Assembly: GCA_030390025.1 (NCBI GenBank)
Contig: CM059434.1
Coordinates: 106,454,001 to 106,518,000, forward strand
Direction: 5' to 3'
Origin: Squalus acanthias
Taxonomy: Eukaryota
DNA: 64,000 bases
Position 1 is the stretch's first letter, and every line of letters starts with the position of its first letter. The position numbers were made by a program, and so were the translations under genes. This document shows positions 50,040 to 62,120 of the stretch, piece after piece. Below the pieces are notes generated by a model. The model saw only the letters and a list, made by a program, of their open reading frames with translations. It did not search any database and had not been told where the DNA came from.

Positions 50040-51097
50040 CTATAATGCAAAGTGAAGAGCGTTAAAAATGTCACAAGTTAAACACATCCCTATGTTATTG
50101 TACTTATGTACAATGATCTTGTTTACTATTGTGGCATAAGCCTAAACCCTAGGGTTGGTTTTCTTGGTTCCTTGAAGTGAACAGCATTTGCATAGAGATT
50201 ACGAACAGTTGCTAAATGTGGATAAAGTGGATATCAACAAATGCTGTTTCTACTCCTTTACCACTTCACACACATCCATTAATGGCACACTCACACTGTA
50301 ACTGTAGTGTTGGTGCAGAGCGCTGCCACTTTGTTCTGACCCTGTAGTTACAGTGTAAATATAGCCTGAATCCAGAGTTAGGGCTTGAATTGATACCGGA
50401 GCAAAGAGGAGACTTCCCGGAAGAGGTAGTCCCATTCTGCTTTGCTCTGAAGTTAGTTTGGACCTTTACGCCTGCCTTGCATTCCACAAGTTAGGCGTCG
50501 ATGTGAAGCTGGAACCACTTTGTAACGGCGCTGAGTGTGAATCAAGTTTCACAGAATTTTGTGTTTACAGATGAGGTAAACAATAAGAGATGCTGCGATC
50601 AGAGGGAGACAAGAATATGGATCGAGTAAAAGCTAAAACTATGTATGACAAGATCTGATCCAGAGAACACATAAGCACATGCGTACCGAGTGGGGGGAAA
50701 AAGACACTGTACTTGTGCTGTGCGATAACGTGTTTGTATGAACTTTTTGTCTGTTATTTAATGAAGGTATTAATCCGTTACAAATAAACGGGTTAGCTTT
50801 GTTGATAAAAGGCGAGACAAAAGAGTCTCATGTGAATATGTTAACATGCTTGTTACTAATTCATCCCCAAAGAGAGCGATTTTTGACAGCACACACACCT
50901 GGGGCACTTTGCACCAACAGTACTGTTTGAACTAATTATATGGAAGTGGCAGCAGCTGCACAGCAGTAACAACATCAAGCTTGGGTGGGGGTGGGGAGCA
51001 ACAGATAGCTAATGCTGTATTAAAAAAAATAACTGAATCATCACCACTAACGCAGAAGAATAATGGAAGCATAAAATAATGCTCGCTCATTGTAACA

Positions 51098-51825
51098 TCG
51101 GGGGCGATTTTAACTCCCATTGCTCGGTGGAAACAGGGGGTGGGGTAGCAGAGTTAAAATGGTGGTGGACTTACCGCCTGTCACCATATTTTCATGGGCT
51201 CGCCTGAATCCATGCAAATTGGGGTCCTAGGATACACATGGGAGCCCGATGCAATTTTAATGGCCTACTGGGTGGAGCATGCACCGTGGACATTCTGCTC
51301 AGTAAAACCGGGCGGGCACGAGGAAGAGGCCCGGAAAGGTAAGTGTTAAAACTATTTCTATGAGGCCAGAAGGAGCAGGCATGTTCCTCTGGGCTCCACA
51401 AGAATAATATGGGCTGCTGCCACCCCGGGCTCACCCCCCCGCCGATCCCCTTTACACAACCGCAACCGACATTCCCGCTAAGCGCCGCGCAGCGGGCTGG
51501 AGGTCCCGTGCAAGCCGCTCACCGGCTTTTCAATGTAAGAAACCGCGCATGCGGGAAAATTTGAATGGGCCGCGCAGCCCGTTAAAGGGACTGCGCACCC
51601 AAACAAAATTACCGGGAACATTGACCACACCCCCCGCCCCCGGATCTACCTTTCTCCGGTCGGTCTCCGGGCCACCCGGTATTGTGCCGAACCCGGAGGC
51701 GACGGGTTGCAGCGAGACACTTGTCTGGGGCATGTGGTGCTCTGCATACAAGTTAATGCGGCCCGGCCCTCAAAATGGACCAGAGCGCCCACTATCTGCC
51801 TGGACATTAAAATTCCCCGCCCCCC
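51098..51825. mobile_element. Harbinger-like MITE carrying a nested hAT MITE
   Basis: Ends GGGGCGATTTTAA / TTAAAATTCCCC. Segment 51160-51440 is a near-identical inverted copy of 19121-19401. Confidence 0.65.
51467..51623. mobile_element. hAT-like MITE
   Basis: cgacattcccgctaag...gggaacattg; degenerate TSD ACCGCAAC / ACCACACC. Confidence 0.75.
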
Positions 51826-52797
51826 CCCCCTACCCATATCATTTTAGCCTAGCACCTAAGGAGTACCTTTTAATGAGGATTTACTGCTGTGGGGCAGATA
51901 TTTTTTGACCTCCGAGATTAGACTGCATTGCTCTCACTGTATTGAGGGCTCAGCACACAATTGAAGGCATGGCTTACCATGTGGGAGGAGGGAGAAAGAG
52001 AAAAATCACCTGTGTGTTTAAGACATTTGTCTCCATTGAACCCCTGGTGGCTCAGTGAGTAAATGGCCAGTTAGCTGATCCTAGCCAGGTTCTGCAGTAG
52101 GGACACTATAATTAGCCACAGTGCTCCTGGGCTCGAGAGTCAAAAAATTATCCCGGGTTCTCACTCCTGATGACTATCCAATGACTGGCTGGAAGATAGG
52201 TGTGTGCAAAAATTGAATGAGAAAAGCATTGAGTTTTGCGAATGGCCCCCCCCCCCCCCCCCATGGTAAAATAGCCGTGCAACACTAACTGTCCACTCAA
52301 AGGAAGATTAGCCACATGGAGGAAGTACTTCAAGTCTACTGGCACCTGTGGAATCATACTGAGCATGACTTGACTGTCTCCATGAAGGAAAAGGAAGAAA
52401 TTAGAAAAAGAAATGTGCTCTCCAAGCCTTTCCCCCAGTGTTGTACGTCAAGCCTCGTCCTTTATCCTTAGTTCCTTTCTCAGAGGGGCAGCATTGTGAC
52501 TTCAAGTAACAGCAACAGCACTGAGCATAAACAGGAAACTAAAGGTTCTCAAAGCCACACGCGATCGGAAAGAAAATCAAGGGAATGTATGTGGAAGCGG
52601 AATTTTTCAGTTTTCCTATAAATAAGAAGTCTTTTGGACCAACTATAATGCCTGCATATGTACCACAGATGTCACAACACGTTATGGTTTTTAACACTTT
52701 GAATGGGCATGCAAAAATGATAGTGAAAATGTTGTGGTCTATGCTTTGCCAGCTTTTAAATCAATGTGTTGAGCTGCAATCCAAATATCAAGCTTAC

Positions 52798-52845
52798 CTT
52801 TAACTCGCAGTCCTCATTGACGGCCAGATTCCCAGGTTTAAGATC
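52798..52845 (-). CDS. MAPK12: MAPK12 exon 6 (48 bp): DLKPGNLAVNEDCELK
   Basis: Catalytic loop DLKPGN; cag / gtaag boundaries. Confidence 0.96.
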
Positions 52846-53726
52846 CTGACAACAGATCAACCGTGAACACTCAAGTTAGACCAAGCAAACAGATCTTTGC
52901 TGGTGAAGCATTTCTACGTCACAGTCTGTTTTTATGCTACATCCACAGTAGCCCGGATTTCAGCCACAGTGCAGTCAATGAGGTGGCATTGCTGGCTCTG
53001 GAGACCACTCAAAAGGTGGTCTTCCTTGGCATCTCTGGAAGCAATAGCACTGCCAGTAACTAAGATAAAAACTGCTCTCGGCAGATGCCAATATTTCTGG
53101 CCATGAGTGGTCTAAGCTTTCAGTCCATCCCTTGAGGCTTGTGATGGGATCTCTCAATCCCAGGGCTGTGCGGGCCCTTTTTAGTTATTGGAGGAGCTCC
53201 AAATTAAAACAAAACATCCTTCCCTTAAGAAAACTAAGTTTTAAATATCACATCTTTCCTTTAAAACAAACAGGGCTGAATTGTGATCCCTCCAACCCAA
53301 CCATCAAGAAAAGTCTACAGCACTGTATTCTAACATAGCAATGAGCTACAATATAAAGCTTCAAATTAGGGTCCTACACGTGTTGTAGGACCCATTTGTG
53401 ATAATTGGGCTGCTCCAGTGCCTGACTCACCACGTGATCAACTCACCCAGCAACTCGCGATGTTAACAGGGCCTCCAACGCTGCATCGGAGCATCTACTA
53501 GATTGAGCATCGCACATTATTTAAAATCATGAACGGATGCTGCTAACATGTTGTAATGCTTGAGATTTTTTTTTAGCCTCGCAACGCCACCTGAATAGAA
53601 CTGTGTAGTGTTGGTCTAGTATGCGTAATGCTCAGTGACAATACAATACAATTACAATCAAATGAAACCAATCGTTATTTTATGGTGTTATTTCTTGAAC
53701 ATAAAATAGCATGGAGGATGGCTTAC

Positions 53727-53756
53727 CCTGTGGATGATCCCTGCAGAGTGGATGTA
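53727..53756 (-). CDS. MAPK12: MAPK12 exon 5 (30 bp): YIHSAGIIHR
   Basis: Canonical 30-nt p38 exon; cag / gtaag boundaries. Confidence 0.95.
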
Positions 53757-54387
53757 CTGTTAAAAAGAAAAAAAAATGCTTTAAATTTAATTAAATAACA
53801 CATCCAACTGGCCCAGGTTAGCGACTCTTTTTACTAAAAATACTTCACCATTGGAATTTGGAATCTGGTTACCTTACTATATTTATTTATTTACATGTTT
53901 TGTGGATACACGTTAGTATAAATGTTAGCACAGCTAACAGAATGTGTCTTCATTGCTCAGTATAATAACATGTGTATACTGAGCAAAGAAGAAAGACCAA
54001 AGTTTGTAGAATTTGGTGGAATGCATAGATGGATTATTGCTATTTTTTAAGGAGGCGACTAGAACTTGTGTAATGTCTTAAGAATTTATGTATGTGCTAC
54101 AAATTGATGGATTACATTTAGACAGTCTTTTATTTCAACATAATATAAAGGAATATTCCAACTCAGTGAATGAGTGTATTATTTTTGGTAACAGTTTACA
54201 AGCACATTGATGTGAAACCACACAGCAAAGTTTGGCAGCCATAATGGTAGTGGAGAGGAATAAATGAGTACCATTATCAGAATGTACAAGCCTAGGAATG
54301 TCAGAGTAGGCCTTTGGGGACTGATTTAGAGTGGGGCAGAATTTCTGCTTGCCCCATAGGTGTGCCTCTGGCTCTCGTCCAAAATAG

Positions 54388-54620
54388 AATGATACAACTC
54401 AGAAGGAGGCCATTCGGCCCATCATGCCTGTGCCGGCTCTTTGAAAGAGCTATCCAATTAGTCCCACTCCCCGGCTCTTTCCCCATAGCCCTGCAAATTA
54501 TTCCTTTTCAAGAATATATCCAATTCCCTTTTGAAAGGTGCTACTGAATCTGCTTCCACCGCCCTTTCAGGCAGTGCATTCCAGATCACAACAACTCGCA
54601 GCGTAAAAAAGATTCTCCTC
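54388..54620 (-). mobile_element. CR1 3' fragment
   Basis: RRIFFTLRVVVIWNALPE...GYGERAGEWD plus 3'UTR. Confidence 0.85.
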
Positions 54621-55879
54621 ACCATTCCGCACCACAATGTTTGAGGTGAAAACTTATAAAACCAGCAGGCCCAAGGAGGCAGACATTTCCTTGGGCCTGC
54701 GGATGATGCGCGGCTGAAATGTAGTGCGTGGGTGAAATGTTGAACATTAGAGTACAAGCTTATTTCTTTCTTTGCAACAGGCACTGGAGAAAATTAAAAC
54801 GTTCTGTTAATTTTTGATATGATGACAAAACATTTCAGCAGTCCTCATGGGCTTAAAAAGTGACCTGTAAAAAAAAAAGAAAACTTGGCAGACCAGTTGG
54901 TGCAAAGCTTGAGAAAAAGTCTACCGCCACAAGAACCAGAGCACAAATCCAATCCAGATAAATACAGCAAATGTCTCTTCTGCTTGGCTGACGATCCAGG
55001 AGCCAGGGGAATGTTAAAACTTCAGTGCCTCACATTATTTCCTGTGTTTAAAATTTCTAAAACGTTATAGTGGCAAAGGAGTTAACATACTAGTTTATTA
55101 AAGATTCCTAATGTTGTAGGCTGCAAACTTTATGTGCGTTATCCACTTATTTTCACAGAATTTTCCTACCAACGCAGAATGTGGTGCTGCTTTAAAATAC
55201 ACAAAACGGAGAGTCTGAGAAATTTGTGGTTCGAATTTCAGACATCACAGACCATATTAATATCCTTTACTTATAAATTTAAGTTACTTCCTTAATTAAA
55301 TGAACACATTACACTAACTGGAAGTCAGATTCTTTATTGCCTCTAGCAGTCTTTTAAAAAAAAAACTTTATGTGAAAACCCTATTGCAATAAATGCCTGG
55401 TAGCTAAACAAATTTCAGTGAGACAATAAATGAAAGAATAGGATGAAAATTTGACACCTACCTAACCTCAAGTCAAATTTGCAGCCAGCTGCAGATAACA
55501 TTGTGCTATTTTATGAGCGAGTTGCACTTGCAAATTACTCTTGTGTGGGTGCAGACTCACTTCTGGAAGCACATTACAGCCATGGTACTTTTGTGTTCCA
55601 AAAGCCTCCTCAAAACCTATATTTTTGACCATGTGTTTGCTCATCTCTCTGAAATCTTCTACTGATGCTCGCCAGCTATTTCTCCTCTGGGAAACACCTT
55701 TGGATATTTTCTACATTAAAGACTCTACACACATGAAAGTTGTTGTTGGTGCCAAAGCACTAAATCACATAACTTCTCATTCATTGTCATTGAAACTGCA
55801 AAGAACTGCCATTATTCACAAAGCTTCAAACTCTGGTAGGTGCCATCCTTCATTTCACAAGACTACAAAGAACATGTGT

Positions 55880-56380
55880 GCTGAAGGGAATCACGAGGTT
55901 GATTCCGGAGATGAAAGGGTTGTCTTATGAAGAAAGGTTGAGCAGGTTGGGCCTATACTCATTGGAGTTTAGAAGAATGAGAGGGGATCTTATTGAAACA
56001 TTTAAGATTCTGAAGGGGCTTGACAAGGTAGATGCAGAGAGGATGTTTCCCCTCGTGGGGGAATCTAGAACTAGGGGCATAATTTCAGAATAAGGGGGCA
56101 CCCTTTTAAATTGGAAATGAGGAGGAATTTCTTCTCTGAGAGGGTCGTAAATCTTTGGAATTCCCTTCCTCAGAGAGCTGTGGAAGCTGGGTCATTGAAT
56201 ATATTTAAGGTGGAGATAGACAGATTTTTGAATGGTATGGGAGTCAAGGGTTATGGGGAGCGGGCAGGGAAGTGGAGTTGAGGCCAAGATCAGATCAGCC
56301 ATGATCTTATTGAATGGCGGAGCAGGCTCGAGGTGCCAAATGACCTACTCCTGCTCCTACGTCTTATGTTTTTCTTATGT
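55880..56380 (+). mobile_element. CR1 3' fragment
   Basis: GLSYEERLSRLGLYSLEFRRMRGDLIE plus 3'UTR and (tcttatgt)n tail. Confidence 0.88.
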
Positions 56381-56439
56381 TTTGCTTAAATGTATCCTTC
56401 TTTATGTGTGTGATATATCAATAATGATCGGGTACAGTA

Positions 56440-56840
56440 GTGATTATATTACTGGACCAGTAATCCAGGGGGCTGTAGAGAACGTGAGTTCAAATCCCAA
56501 GCAATTTGAGAATTTGAATTCAGTTTAAACAAAAATATGGAAAAAGAAAACTGGCATCAGTAAAAAATAACCATGTCATAATTGTCATAAAAACCTAACT
56601 GGTTCACTAATGTCCTTTTGGGAAGGAAACCTGCTGTCCTTACCCATTCTAGCCTATATGTGGCTTAAGTCCCATGCCAATGTGGTTGACTATTCACTGC
56701 CCTCAGAAGTGGCTTAGCAAGACATTCAGTTGTTTCAAACCACTGCAGTGGTTAAGAAGGCCCGTCACCACCTTCTCAGGGCAACTAGGGATGGGCAATA
56801 AATGCCAGCCTTGCCGGCGACGCCCACATCCCCAGAATAA
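56440..56840 (+). mobile_element. Short internally deleted derivative of the CR1-Zenon-like family
   Basis: 5' part is homologous to 29400-29690 and is joined to the 3' end gggcaataaatgccagccttgccggcgacgcccacatccc. Confidence 0.6.
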
Positions 56841-57135
56841 GCAAAACAAATTAGATCATTGTTTTGATGTATGCTTTTGGGAGAGGAAAGGGCAAAAGAA
56901 TGCTGTTTATTGTACTCTGGTGAAAAAAAAAACCAATTATGGATAACTCTAAATGCGATGCAAATTAATATAATGTGTGACAAAGTAATACAACAAGGCC
57001 ATAAGACGGAAAGTAACTAACTCACTTGTCTATATTTATACAGATTAGCTTAAACGTATCATTTTAAAACTGATTAGGATATTAACTAGTATCACATACG
57101 CATAGTCAAAATTAATAACTGGAGGACAAACTGAC

Positions 57136-57247
57136 CTTTAGGCCTTTCAAGATTTGGTACACTAGAAATTGGATCCGGTCTTCAGTCAGTTTATCGTGCT
57201 TCATTAATTTTCCAAGGTCTGTTCCCATAAAAGGCATAACCAAATAA
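57136..57247 (-). CDS. MAPK12: MAPK12 exon 4 (112 bp): [37 protein letters not shown]
   Basis: Met gatekeeper and [13 protein letters not shown], which match p38-gamma as recalled (human [32 protein letters not shown]). Confidence 0.96.
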
Positions 57248-57713
57248 CTGCAAAATAAGGCAAAATAATAAACATAGCATCAACATGACCTTTAGAACTG
57301 TAATACAGAACAAGAGTTACTTTATCCAGCTGTTGTAATATTTAGATAATTAGTAACCAGAGGACTGGCTGGTAATTATTTGTCGATGATAAGCCAAGTC
57401 CTAGACACAGCATGGGATGAAAAAATGAAGCTGTTCTAGACTGAAAGATTTAACGTTTAAGAATAACTTCTAAAAATGCAGGTGATTTACAGGATTTTAG
57501 ATTTTCTAAATTATGCAAATTTAAGCTCTATATTAAGAATCTATTTTGAAAAATAATATTTAACTAAGAACTGGAAGTTCAAGCAAAATAATGTGAAGAT
57601 AATCCAGTTTATTACTGCACATTTTACACCCTTAGCAATTCTATCACTTCTATTTTCTGCAGCGCATTCTGATTAAGTTGGATGTCAACATAGCAGAGCA
57701 TCCAGGGTACACA

Positions 57714-57860
57714 CTTTTTGGACTCTAGGGGAATCAAGGGATATGGGGATCGGGCGGGTAAGTGGAGTTGAGGTCGGAGATCAGCTATGATATTACTGAA
57801 TGGCGGAGCAGGCTCGAGGGGCTGTATGGCCTACTCCTGCTCCTAATTCTTATGTTCTTA
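57714..57860 (+). mobile_element. CR1 3' tail
   Basis: gggaatcaagggatatgggg...ggcctactcctgctcctaattcttatgttc. Confidence 0.8.
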
Positions 57861-60800
57861 TTTTAACTGTTTGTGATTCCACTCATCAATTTTTGATGGG
57901 ACAGAATTTCAACTTTTACATATCATCCCATGACACATTTAATACACAAAACAAAATCAAAATGGTACAAATTTCTTTTTCAAGTTAACTGTTGTTAGCT
58001 ATTTTTTTGTATTCATATAATTATCTACTCTCACATGACAAGATTTGTAATAATGGGTCTACCCTTCACAGGTGATTGCATATTTGTATTAAACAGAATT
58101 ATGCCCATGGTATACAAGACTCATATTAAAAAATGAAGTAATCAAGAGATTATTAAATGATTTGGTATTTAACAAGATCCTTTAATTAGCAGTCATGACA
58201 CACCCCTGCAAGCACCTCACCTAACAAAGAGATAGGGTTGGAAAATGTATCTTTCCCAGCTATACGCATAATCTACTTTCCTTTAAATAACAGACTTACT
58301 GTAGAGAAAATCCTCTTATTCCAAAAGACCTAAACATCCACAAATCATGAACCTCAAAGTGTGTATTATAAAAAGTGTTAACAGAGGTGTCATTTCTGTG
58401 ACATCAGCTGAAGGGTCTGTGATCTGCCCTCAACTATTAACATTTTACTAAATAATCTGTCATTGTTAGTGGATGCTTCAATGTTGCTTTTTCTCCACTT
58501 GCCAATTTTCTCTGCTGCCATTAACTCTTTGTGGGGGGGGGGTATGGGCAGCAGTCATCCTCCAGTATCTCACTCCAGTAGCCATTCTTCTTCTGTGAGT
58601 TTAGAGAGCAGGCTATTTAACCACGGGGACATCGCAGTGGAGACCGATCCTGTCCTTAATCAACTCCCAATGTGTACTTCGAGCAAGAGTCACTGGATAG
58701 CAATGAGGAGTGGAACCCTGCCCAATTTCCCCTCCCTAATACAGAGGGGTTAGGTCTATCACTCATTTCCATTTCAAAGTCTCCTTCGATAATTCAATTC
58801 TATTCATTGTGTATTTACAATGCACATTTTTTGTCCAATGTGCAATACTTCACATTTAGCATTGTTAAATCTGTTTTGCTATTTGACTTGCTTACTTAAT
58901 AATCAACAGCACTGCTGTATTCAATTTTGTGCCATGCACACTGGCTTATCAGCAGTTTTTTTGTCCTGACCTACACAGGATTATACTATATTTCCACATT
59001 TTAGCATTTTCTTCAAATAACTGTGAAGGCTTTAAAAAACCAGTGTGTGCGTGTAAGTAGTTCTGATTACCCGTCATGCTGATTACCAATAATTATATAT
59101 CCTGCTTTTCAAGGAAAAATTCCAGGGAGGTATCTTTAATAATTGGAGAGAACAAGACAAGCATACACTCAACTAATTAAAGCACAAAACCCTATTGGGA
59201 CCCTCAACCGAATATATTTACCAGGCTATTTGTTTTATTTGTCTGTATGTTCTGTATACTAATACAATAGTTACTGGTTTAAATATCTCCAGTCAGTGGT
59301 TAGCTGTAAATACTGTCATTCCAAAGAATATCACAAAAATGTGACATCTACTAAGTATGGCAAGTTAATCCAATAAAGATCCATTAAAAGATGAGATTTC
59401 TTTTATTCTCCTTTCTCCAACAATGTTCTTCCCTTCCTCCTGCTCTGAAGGCATTGAGCCAGTGATTCCAGAGGCACACTCTAGTACTTTGCCCAAAATG
59501 GCCAGTCTTTATTGTGACCCCAGACAGTGAGTGCCAGCAAGCTGTTTGCCCATTGGCCATCACGGCTGAGCACTACGTGGTCTTACCTGCTATCCATACA
59601 CATGTACTTTTAGAAGGGGTCGCTCCTCCCCTGATAGTGGTCAAGCTACCCATGGAACCTTAGCTCAGTAATAGGATCAATGTCTTCAGATGGGAAGGGA
59701 AAAGGAGACAAATTAAAGGACACTAGTGGAGAAAAACAAAATCTTGTGCCCGATTTTGCTGATTGAAGAGATCTGTGCTGGGATTCTCCTCTTTGGGGCA
59801 GAGCTCTGGTGGGGCAGGATTTCCACCTGCCCCTCCAAATCTGCCTCAACCCTCACCCATTTACCTGGGTCAAGGCTCATTTGTGATGCATGGCAGGTCT
59901 CCCACCAAGGGAGCCCGCCAATGCGAGGGCACAAAATCCCAGCAGTCGGGATCTGCAGCGGGGACATTCCTGCAGCACCAGAGAGGTGACAGGGGACGTT
60001 AAAAGAGCAGAGGTGCCCTGAATATGGCATCAAGGCTCCCACTGAAGGCCTCAGCTGGGCCCAGATTGGAGGGAGAGGTGGCAGCTAGAAGGCTCCCTCC
60101 CTCCCTTGGGAGAACTTGGGTCATTTACTGCCACTTCCCATCATGTGAGGTGTGTGGGGGGGAAATGGACCCCATTTCCATGCAATAGATGGGCAAAGAG
60201 TGGCCAACAGCAGTCCTGGCAGTGGTAGGGGAGGTAAATCCTGGTCAGGAAGGGGAGGTGGCAGTAGGTCTCACTACCCGGATTTTTCCTCATTCTCCGC
60301 CATCTTGCCGAGAAGAATCCTGGCCATCTTATGTTAAGGGAGCAGAAAAACTAGCTTATTCGCTGCACCACTTTTTATTAATAAAAGTAGCGGCCCCCTT
60401 TTTGCTCTCAAATTTATACATGCCAACCCACAAAGCTTGGAAGAGCTGATGAACAGCTTCAGGAAAGCTTACACAGCTCCCAAGGAGCTAACAAGTCAAA
60501 AAACAACACCCAACTGAAAAACCGATCTAAATAAAGGCCTATGACCAAGGCCACTGCTTTAAGGCAACTGAATGTGTTTAACACCTTTCATTGCATTGAA
60601 TTTCAGGACTTTTTTATTAGCGTCTTGCAATTCAATTTGTCTTCTTGTGAAAACGAAAACTCAAATTGCTACAATAGGAGTGCCATGGTACATAGACTTG
60701 TTATGACATAAACTGAGCTGTACCCAATATTCCCGCAGTTGTATCCAAGTTGGAGCTAAAAACAAAAGTGTGTAAAAGTGCAATTTTTGCAATGGGGGGG

Positions 60801-60984
60801 ATTTAGAAATTTTTGAATGAAGAAATGAGCTCTGGTGGTGCAAAATGTATTTCCCAGGGAAATCTGGGCCATGTGCTACGGAAGATTATTTATTTTTGAC
60901 ACTTTTTTGGTGCATTTTCCAGAATTTTGATGTGTACTGTGATTCACCATTGAAGCTAAAATGAGTTATTCTCCTCCTTCCCCC

Positions 60985-62120
60985 TTTGAATATTACCATG
61001 GGATCTTTTACATCCATCTGAATAGGTAGATGGAGCCTTGGTTTAATGTTTCAACCAAAAGATAGCACCGCCATAGAATCATAGAAATATACGGCACAGA
61101 AGGAGGCCATTCGGCCCATCTTGTCCGTCCCGGCCGACCAAGAGCTATCCACCCTAATCCCACTTTCCAGCACTTGGTCCATATCCTTGTAGGTTACGGC
61201 ACTTCAAGTGCATATCCAAGTACTTTTTAAATGTGATGAGGGTTTCTGCCTCTACCACCCTTTCAGGCAGTGAGTTCCAGACCCCCACCACCCTCTGGGT
61301 GAAAAAAATTCTCCTCAAATCCCCTTTAAACCTCCTACCAATTGCTTTAAATCTATGCCCCCTGATTATCGACCCCTCTCCTAAGGGAAATCGGTCCTTC
61401 CTATCCACTCTATCTAGGCCCCTCATAATTTTATACACCTCAATTAGGTCTCCCCTCAGCCTCCTCTGTTCCAAAGAAAACAACACCAGCCTATCCAATC
61501 TTTCCTCATAGCTAAAATTCCCCAGCCCAGGCAACATCCTCGCAAATCTCCTCTGCGCCCTCTCTAGTGCAATCACATCCTTACTGTAATGTGGTGACCA
61601 GAACTGCATGCAGTATTCTAGCTGCGGCCTAACTAGTGTTTTATACAGTTCAAGCTTAACCTCCCTGCTGTTATATTCTATGCCTCGGCTAATAAAGGCA
61701 AGTATCCTGTATGCCTTCTTAACCGCCTTATCTACCTGTCCTGCTACCTTCAGGGATCTGTGGACATGCACTCCAAGGTCCCTCTGATCCTCTGCACTTC
61801 TCAGTGTTCTACCATTTATTGTGTATTCCCTTGCCTTGTTAGCCCTCCCCAAATGCATTACCTCACACTTCTCCGGATTGAATTCCATTTGCCACTGTTC
61901 TGCCCACCTGACCAGTCCATTGATATCTTCCTGCAGTCTACAGCTTTCTTCTTCATTATCAACCACACGGCCAATTTTTGTATCATCTGCAAACTTCTTA
62001 ATCATACTTCCTACATTCAAATCTAGATCATTGATATATACCACAAAAAGCAAAGGACCCAGTACTGCACTGAAGATTCACCCTAGATTGTGTACTGAAG
62101 TGCTATAGTCGGGCTATTGA
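60985..62120 (-). mobile_element. Deu-SINE split by a 5'-truncated CR1 (CR1 at 61073-62062 with an open 299-codon ORF)
   Basis: CR1 RT (KFADDTK...GYGPSAGKWD). The flanks read as Deu-SINE (cttcagtgcagtact | ggtgctatctttt...gtaaaagatcccatgg) on the - strand. Confidence 0.85.

Noticed and set aside
37165-57247. Alternative call as MAPK13, MAPK11 or MAPK14
   Set aside because: [13 protein letters not shown] and the KETxV PDZ tail fit MAPK12. p38-alpha/beta have a Thr gatekeeper (LVTHLMG / LVTTLMG) and p38-delta lacks the tail.
61154-62053. Open 299-aa ORF as a possible host gene
   Set aside because: It is a 5'-truncated CR1 RT C-terminus in a MAPK12 intron.
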